From positions 1 to 34,899 of the forward strand of contig JBFGZE010000020.1 in the NCBI GenBank assembly GCA_041586955.1: a stretch of DNA of 34,899 bases, written 5' to 3'. Below are positions 29,186-34,899 of this stretch, piece after piece; the stretch's first letter is position 1, and every line of letters begins with the position of its first letter. A program made the position numbers and the translations under genes. The notes under the pieces are model-generated. The model saw nothing but the letters and a program-made list of their open reading frames with translations, was not told the origin of the DNA and did not search any database. The stretch comes from Bacteriovoracaceae bacterium. GTDB lineage: Bacteria; Bdellovibrionota; Bacteriovoracia; Bacteriovoracales; Bacteriovoracaceae.

Positions 29186-29593
29186 TTACATATCAGAATC
29201 TAAATCTGATTCCTCTGAATTATTCATAAAAGAACTAAGAGCGCGTGAAGTTCCGTCCCGAGAAGGAATCGATGTATCTTCTTTCCCTTTATCATCTAAA
29301 CGGTGAGAATAGCGAACAGTAACATCTTCTTTTAAAACCTGAGACGGCTTGAAGGTTAAGACGCGACGAGCAGATATTTCCATAGCGTCACCTGTTTGAG
29401 GGTTTCTCCCCATTCGGGTGGCCTTGTCTCTGATAGAAAAATTTCCGAAACCAGAAATCTTTACTTTTTCGCCTCTAGCTAAAGTGTCTTTAATGACTTT
29501 GAAGACCATATCAACGAGGTCGGCTGCTTCTTTTTTAGAAAAACCAGCTTCCTTGTAGACTCTTTCAACAATATCGGCCTTTGTTAAACTCAT
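29186..29593 (-). CDS. ihfA: Integration host factor alpha subunit with C-terminal extension
   Basis: MSLTKADIVE...VKISGFGNF...GRNPQTG...ISARRVLTFKPSQVLK; GGAGG SD. Confidence 0.93.
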   Translation of the reverse strand: MSLTKADIVERVYKEAGFSKKEAADLVDMVFKVIKDTLARGEKVKISGFGNFSIRDKATRMGRNPQTGDAMEISARRVLTFKPSQVLKEDVTVRYSHRLDDKGKEDTSIPSRDGTSRALSSFMNNSEESDLDSDM

Positions 29594-29689
29594 AAATTTC
29601 CTCCATGAAATCCATAAACGTCAATTTATTTCCTAATATTGATAGGTTAGCAAAATATCCCTTCCGATGCTAGAAGAAATTTGTCGCTA

Positions 29690-31126
29690 CTAAGATTTTA
29701 TGCGTCTTTTCTTAGTTTTTTTGCCAGGTTTTTGAATCTTTTTAAATAATTGATCTGTTTCCCTGTCTTTTTGCTTGAGCCAATCAGTCATATACTCTTT
29801 AACTTCCATCAACTCTTCAATCAATTTCTTAGACACTAACTTTTGAGAGCCAGCAACCTTTTTATATTCTTTTAATTTAATCGAATCTTCTTTGACCATC
29901 AGTTTACGTTTCGCTACTTCCTCTTTAGTCATGCGATAAATAGGCATATCAGCGAGATAATCACTGAAGAAATATTTTTTCTTAAGCAAGTACTCTACAT
30001 ACGACTTACGATTCTTTTGCTTAGTAGCGGCTTCATATTCTTTGTTTTTAATGAATTTGATAATTTCATTATTTTGGCGAATTTTAGTCTCAAATTCCTT
30101 GCAGAGGAGCTCATAGCGGCGAAGGACAACCTGTAATCGCTGCTCAGTAAAAATCTCAATAATTTGCTCTGGCCGATCAAAAATCCTCACACCCCGCTCT
30201 GAAATAAGGGTGTAATTAGGAGATAATGAAGCACTCGTCCCCATAACCTTTTCAACTTCAGCAAGAGTTGGGGTTTGGCCACGCTTAAAAATTAATTCAA
30301 TCCGGACATTATTATTAACTGTCGAGTCAATATAATCCTTTAGAAAATCAGCTTCTATATGCTTATTAAGAAAACGATAGGTCTTGGTTCCATCATAGCC
30401 TTTGGGCAATTCAATAATATAGATCTTGCCGTCTTTTTCCTCAAACTTCATCGGAAAAAGATAACGGCCACGATCCGCTTCAATCTTGGCCGTATAATTA
30501 TGAACATAAGGTTTTAACTTTTTGGCCTTTTTTGTTTTAACGTATTCGATCATTGAATCACAGATGTCTTTATGATGAAAACTTGGAATCATAGAAGAAA
30601 AACCTGTTCCAATTCCTTCCGCACCATTGAGTAACATCAACGGGAGCTTTGGCAATAAGGCCGCAGGCTCAACAACTGTTTCATCATAATTGGGGATCAT
30701 CTCAACTTGGTTCATATCATCAAAAAGAATAAAATTAGTCATCTTCGATAATTTACATTCAATGTATCGACCAGCTGCAGGAGATGTTTCCATCCGTTCG
30801 CCAAAATACCCTTTCTTTTCGATAAGTGGGTAATTATTAGCAAAGGTATAATCCTGGGCCATATTAACAATGGCAGTCTCAATAGAAGCAGGACCGTGGG
30901 GGTGTAAGGTTAAAACTAAACCTGTTGCTGCGGAAACTTTAACTAACCCTTTACTTTGATTTTTATAGAGGGTGAAAAGAATTCGCCTTTGCCCGGGTTT
31001 CAGGCCATCTTGCAAATACGGAATCGCCCGATCCATAAGAGTATAAATTTGATAAATACGGTACTCCTCTCGCACAATTTGATCGAGAGGGACAGTCTCA
31101 AGAGAATGAAGATAAGTCTCTTGCAT
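29690..31126 (-). CDS. Atypical type IIA topoisomerase A subunit (breakage-reunion domain only, no CTD pinwheel)
   Basis: DRAIPYLQDGLKPGQRRIL, HPHG, MAQ, catalytic AAGRY, LLNGAEGIGTG; only 478 aa. Confidence 0.92.
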   Translation of the reverse strand: MQETYLHSLETVPLDQIVREEYRIYQIYTLMDRAIPYLQDGLKPGQRRILFTLYKNQSKGLVKVSAATGLVLTLHPHGPASIETAIVNMAQDYTFANNYPLIEKKGYFGERMETSPAAGRYIECKLSKMTNFILFDDMNQVEMIPNYDETVVEPAALLPKLPLMLLNGAEGIGTGFSSMIPSFHHKDICDSMIEYVKTKKAKKLKPYVHNYTAKIEADRGRYLFPMKFEEKDGKIYIIELPKGYDGTKTYRFLNKHIEADFLKDYIDSTVNNNVRIELIFKRGQTPTLAEVEKVMGTSASLSPNYTLISERGVRIFDRPEQIIEIFTEQRLQVVLRRYELLCKEFETKIRQNNEIIKFIKNKEYEAATKQKNRKSYVEYLLKKKYFFSDYLADMPIYRMTKEEVAKRKLMVKEDSIKLKEYKKVAGSQKLVSKKLIEELMEVKEYMTDWLKQKDRETDQLFKKIQKPGKKTKKRRIKS

Positions 31127-31148
31127 GATCCATTCCTTTTACTAAAAT

Positions 31149-33296
31149 TTATTTTTTCTTAGTCGTTTTCTTTTTCTTTACTGTTTTTTTAGCTACTTTT
31201 TTCTTAGTGGCCTTTTTCGCTGTCTTTTTGGCCACCTTTTTCGTTACTTTCTTAGTCGCTTTTTTAGCTACTTTTTTAGCTACTTTTTTAGCCACTTTTT
31301 TAGTCACTTTTCGACTAACAGAATCTCCACTAGCAGAGAAGACCATATCTTCACTCGTATCCATTAAAAGATCTTTACGAGGAGAAGAATCTTTTCCAAA
31401 ACAGACTCCCAGCATCTCTTTGGCAGAAGTTAAGTCATCGATATGGATTTCAGTATACTTTTCCTTATCCAATACATATTTCCAGGCCTGCGGGGACATT
31501 TCTCCCAGCCCTTTATTGCGATGAATGGCCCTAATCTTTGGATTTTTCTTTTTTAATTCTTCTAATTGGTTCGGTGTTTCGACATAAATCGTATTTTTAT
31601 CTGTCACCACCTCAAAAAGAGGGGCCTTGGCCAATTCGATAACCCCATTTTCAAATAATTCCGGCCAAAAGGTAAAAAAGAAATTCGTTAAAAGAGTATT
31701 AATATGGCCACCATCCACATCAGAATCCGCGAGGAAAACAATTTTCGAATAGCGCATTTTTTCAATCACCGCTGGTTGGCCAATGGTTAATCCCACAGAG
31801 GCCATAATATCGGAGAATTCTTGATTATTGAGAATATCTTTAATTGTCGATTGAGCGACATTCATCGGCTTTCCTCGCAGGGCAATTCCCCCTTGAGTTA
31901 ATTTATTCCGCGCCGAACGCAGCCCCCCAATGGCCGAGTCCCCTTCACAAATAAAAAGCATACATTTGCTACGGTCTCTTCTTTCGTTAGCGTCTAATAA
32001 TTTTTCAACCCGTTGCTTTTTTTGCTTTCGTCCACGTTTAGAGGCATCTTTTAATTCTTGGAATTTATGCCGCGCTTTACCACGTTCCACCACTAATTCT
32101 AGATAGTCTTTATTTTTACGCATAAATTTATCGATAAATTTTGCCATAAATGATTCGAGACTTTTTTCGAGATGGGTATCACGCACTAATTTTCTTTTAG
32201 TTTGTGATTCAAACCGTGGGTTGGGCATGGTAATTCCCATAATAAAGGTCAAACCAGTCAGAACATCATTGTCAACAACAGTAATTTTCTCTTTTTTGGC
32301 AGTCCTTTCTAATTTCTCTTTAACCGCATTGATAAAAAGCCGTCGGATCCGGTCTTGATGAAAGCCACCGTCAAACGTGGGTGTGGAATTCACAAAACTA
32401 ATAAAGCGCTCACGCTCTTCAGACTTGCGGTCAATAACCAGGGAGGTGTGAACATCTATTTTCCCTTTAACTTTCTTGCCTTTTATATTTTTGCTTTCAA
32501 AAACATAGGAGTGCTCACCTAATAATTGTGCCCCTTCCTCGTTAATCTGAGTGGCCAATTCGTAAAGACCTTTTTTAAAGACAAACTTTTCCTTATTAAA
32601 AAAGAAAATGAGACCAGGATTATTATAGGCCAAATCGATGATTCTTTTACGAAGAAGATCAGGATCAATAACCGGATCTTTATAAACTTCTTTCGATAAC
32701 ACCACCTCAACTCGCACACCAGAATGACCGGTAAAGGTTTTGGGCCTAGTTTGCTTAACCTTCAATGCCCCATCGATAAAAGTAATGGTTTGCTCTTTTT
32801 TAGAATTATAGTGGCGGACACGAACTTTAAAACTATCTGCGGTCAAACAGGTGGCCGCTGCTCCAAGACCATTTTGGCCTAGAGTCCGGTGTAAGAAACC
32901 TTTTTCGTCCACTTCCTCATCTTTAAATTTAGAGCCTGTACGGAATTCACTATAGACCTGCTTCACCTTACTCAAGGGAAAACCGATACCATTGTCTTCA
33001 ACCGCCACAGTTCGCCCGTCATCTGATAAAGTGGTGTGAATTTCCGTGACGTGGCCACGATAATATTCATCAATACAATTATCGAGAATTTCCTCGATGG
33101 CCTTACTTTTCGCTTGGTGGAACTTCACCTGCTGAAAGGAAACGCCTTTATCAGTATAAAGATATGTGTCTAAATCTTCGATATCATTAGAACCAAAAAC
33201 CAAAGTGATGCGATTCCGGCAATGCCAGCGCTGATCCTTACTCTCAATAAGAGCATCTTTAGCTTTACCTTTCCTTTTTATCGATCCAACTGCCAT
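31149..33296 (-). CDS. Atypical type IIA topoisomerase B subunit (GHKL and TOPRIM) with Lys-rich tail
   Basis: EILDNCIDE, DNGIG, GQNGLGA, FESQTK, EGDSA, LRGK, DSDVDGGHI, KGLGEM. ATG 33296 with GGGAAG SD. Confidence 0.93.
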   Translation of the reverse strand: MAVGSIKRKGKAKDALIESKDQRWHCRNRITLVFGSNDIEDLDTYLYTDKGVSFQQVKFHQAKSKAIEEILDNCIDEYYRGHVTEIHTTLSDDGRTVAVEDNGIGFPLSKVKQVYSEFRTGSKFKDEEVDEKGFLHRTLGQNGLGAAATCLTADSFKVRVRHYNSKKEQTITFIDGALKVKQTRPKTFTGHSGVRVEVVLSKEVYKDPVIDPDLLRKRIIDLAYNNPGLIFFFNKEKFVFKKGLYELATQINEEGAQLLGEHSYVFESKNIKGKKVKGKIDVHTSLVIDRKSEERERFISFVNSTPTFDGGFHQDRIRRLFINAVKEKLERTAKKEKITVVDNDVLTGLTFIMGITMPNPRFESQTKRKLVRDTHLEKSLESFMAKFIDKFMRKNKDYLELVVERGKARHKFQELKDASKRGRKQKKQRVEKLLDANERRDRSKCMLFICEGDSAIGGLRSARNKLTQGGIALRGKPMNVAQSTIKDILNNQEFSDIMASVGLTIGQPAVIEKMRYSKIVFLADSDVDGGHINTLLTNFFFTFWPELFENGVIELAKAPLFEVVTDKNTIYVETPNQLEELKKKNPKIRAIHRNKGLGEMSPQAWKYVLDKEKYTEIHIDDLTSAKEMLGVCFGKDSSPRKDLLMDTSEDMVFSASGDSVSRKVTKKVAKKVAKKVAKKATKKVTKKVAKKTAKKATKKKVAKKTVKKKKTTKKK
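31152..31313 (-). repeat. Degenerate 12-bp tandem repeat encoding KK(V/A/T)(A/T) units
   Basis: Plus-strand units such as TTTTTTAGCTAC x2, TTTTTTAGCCAC and TTTTTTAGTCAC; encodes 54 aa containing 29 Lys. Confidence 0.9.
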
Positions 33297-33395
33297 AGAA
33301 ACTTCCCAGTCAAAGTTTGATTTGTTATTTTTGAAGGGACCATATAAATGTCTAAAATCAAGATTAAAGGGCCATTGGATTGGTGAAAAGGCGCA

Positions 33396-34010
33396 ATGCA
33401 AAAAATACAATACTTTCTATTTATCAGTTTTTTCCCCTATTTACACCTCTCGGCAGGGGTTATTACCCCCTCCACCAAGGCCTTTGAGAGATTTGGTCCC
33501 GAGGCGAATCAGGCCATCTTGAGTGGTGAAATTTTTATTAATACACAAGTAAAAGACTTCGCTCAAAGCAAAGGACCTAAACAACAAACCCTTAATTTTC
33601 GCATTGGCGGCCTACATCCTCGCAATTGCCAGTCCGCGTTACGAAAGTTATCACAATACGAGAATTTCTCCAGATGGATTGGGTTTATTGATAAAAGTAC
33701 TTATGATGAAAAAAAGCAAAGGCCGACCTTCCATCTCAAAAGTAACCTCCTACCCTTTAATATGACCCTTGATTTTCATTTGCCCCGCATCCGGCAACCT
33801 GGTGTTTATGAGTTTCAATTTGACCGGGGGTTTTTATCAGGACTCAAGGGAAAAATCTATGTTCACTCTCATAAAAAGCGCTGCTTTTTTGAAAGTGAGG
33901 CCTATTGGCGTGGTCCCCACTCCAGTATCCCGAGCTCTGTTTTTGAATTCTTCTCTGATGCACTAGGTCGTCTCGCAATGGAAAACCTCTTCCGTATTTC
34001 ACGCTCTTAA
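33396..34010 (+). CDS. Exported hypothetical protein, possibly SRPBCC-like fold
   Basis: 204-aa ORF with a signal-peptide-like N-terminus. LSQYENFSRWIGFI, GFLSGLKG and a C-terminal IP helix loosely resemble SRPBCC; fold call is weak. Confidence 0.65.
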   Translation: MQKIQYFLFISFFPYLHLSAGVITPSTKAFERFGPEANQAILSGEIFINTQVKDFAQSKGPKQQTLNFRIGGLHPRNCQSALRKLSQYENFSRWIGFIDKSTYDEKKQRPTFHLKSNLLPFNMTLDFHLPRIRQPGVYEFQFDRGFLSGLKGKIYVHSHKKRCFFESEAYWRGPHSSIPSSVFEFFSDALGRLAMENLFRISRS

Positions 34011-34075
34011 CAATAATGACAAAGGATGAGGGCCCATGTATAAGCTGCTTATATCGTTTTATACTCGGGAGGATT

Positions 34076-34513
34076 ATGAAAGTTTTGAGAATCTCAGGAA
34101 ATGATACTCGGTCAATTCGCCACCAGGTCCTCAGACCTGACCTTGGAATAGACTCCTGTGTTTTTCCCCACGATGATGATGATCAGACATTCCATCTTGG
34201 TGCCTTTATCGATAATAAATTAGTTAGTATTGCCTCTTTTTATTTTGAGGTAAACGAGACTTTTGATGACGAAAACCAATACCGCCTACGAGGCATGGCC
34301 ACCTTGCCTGAATTCCGGCAAAAGGGTCTCTCTTCTGAATTATTAAAAATGGCCTTCCCCATTATCAAACAAAATTTTTGTACTTTATTATGGTGTAACG
34401 CCCGCACCTCAGCGAGCGGCTATTATCATAAGGTTGGATTTGAAAAAATTGGTGAAGAGTTTGATATTCCTGAGATTGGACCCCATATACTCATGTATAA
34501 ACCTATTATTTAG
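34076..34513 (+). CDS. GNAT-family N-acetyltransferase
   Basis: IRHQVLRP, YRLRGMATLPEFRQKGLS (AcCoA motif A), LWCNAR...YYHKVGF. ATG 34076 with GGGAGG SD. Confidence 0.92.
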   Translation: MKVLRISGNDTRSIRHQVLRPDLGIDSCVFPHDDDDQTFHLGAFIDNKLVSIASFYFEVNETFDDENQYRLRGMATLPEFRQKGLSSELLKMAFPIIKQNFCTLLWCNARTSASGYYHKVGFEKIGEEFDIPEIGPHILMYKPII

Positions 34514-34892
34514 TCCCCTTATCACTCGGAAGGTTCAACATCTCAGTAGGCTGACAGAAGTATAAATTCTGGGGGTGATCCACCTGTTTTTGTTGCTCCT
34601 GCACACATTTCTCACTGGAAATAAAAGGCCTAAGAGGAGCACATTGCAGATTATCTTGCCCTTTTCTTTGTGCTTTTTCTCTCCACCCCCGGCATTTATC
34701 GGCACTATCTTTATTCACGCAAGCAAAGTGACTATGGCGGCAATCATAAATAAGGTAGGAACCCCGAATAAAATCCTTAGAAATAATCAATTCCACATCA
34801 TGCTGTAAGCGTATATCGGAATAGGCCTGGCCCTGCCCTGCGGTCAAGATCACAGTGAAAATAATGAGCATGGTAAATTTCTTCAGTTCCAA
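34506..34892 (-). CDS. Small exported Cys-rich hypothetical protein
   Basis: Signal peptide (…GQGQA) and 6 Cys in the mature part. The frame is open to the window edge, so the start is uncertain. Confidence 0.65.
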   Translation of the reverse strand: MELKKFTMLIIFTVILTAGQGQAYSDIRLQHDVELIISKDFIRGSYLIYDCRHSHFACVNKDSADKCRGWREKAQRKGQDNLQCAPLRPFISSEKCVQEQQKQVDHPQNLYFCQPTEMLNLPSDKGTK

Positions 34893-34899
34893 TGGACTC

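Noticed and set aside
29632..29644. IHF autoregulatory site upstream of ihfA (TATCAA on the minus strand)
   Set aside because: Lacks the TTR element of WATCAANNNNTTR; likely to occur by chance in AT-rich DNA.
31207..31524. Plus-strand ORF with FLAT/FLVT repeats
   Set aside because: Antisense shadow of the Lys-rich topoisomerase tail.
29690..33296. Prophage or mobile origin as a current mobile element, or annotation as gyrA/gyrB
   Set aside because: No integrase, att repeats or other phage genes nearby; no CTD or GyrA box, so gyr/par symbols are not justified.
33297..33410. N-terminal extension of the topoisomerase B ORF
   Set aside because: It overlaps the divergent gene and the promoter region; ATG 33296 has an SD.
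691..34808. Numerous 60-130-aa ORFs overlapping larger genes (e.g. 6428-6823, 14679-15044, 23425-23799, 27191-27571, 9929-10123)
   Set aside because: Antisense or alternate-frame shadows with no recognisable motifs.
1..34899. CRISPR array, tRNA/rRNA, IS elements, defence systems, gspO or pilotin
   Set aside because: None recognised by eye; the prepilin peptidase is presumably encoded elsewhere, which is common.

Overview
Chromosomal DNA from a low-GC Gram-negative bacterium. The gene content and architecture (deltaproteobacterial-style gspC-N operon, bacterial histone) suggest Bdellovibrionota, probably Bacteriovoracia; this is an inference. Left to right: (1) an AT-rich ion/osmotic homeostasis cluster (CPA2 antiporter, large MscS, DUF21/CNNM protein, tandem USP, APC-USP-USP fusion); (2) a START-domain protein, a bacterial histone-fold protein with a Lys-rich N-terminal tail, a CRTAC1/FG-GAP lipoprotein and an acyl-CoA dehydrogenase; (3) a type II secretion operon gspCDEFGHIJKLMN followed by a polyprenyl synthetase; (4) a minus-strand unit with an atypical type IIA topoisomerase (B subunit with a 54-aa H1-like KKxx tail; short A subunit with no beta-pinwheel CTD), ihfA and a MerR-family regulator; (5) two exported hypothetical proteins and a GNAT. 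The most interesting candidate is a possible chromatin toolkit: a tailed histone and a non-gyrase topoisomerase II that carry the same KK(V/A/T)(A/T) tail grammar. Also seen: a probable ATC-initiated gene, a leaderless internal promoter before gspL, and strong over-representation of GGCC. No CRISPR array, tRNA/rRNA or mobile element was recognised.
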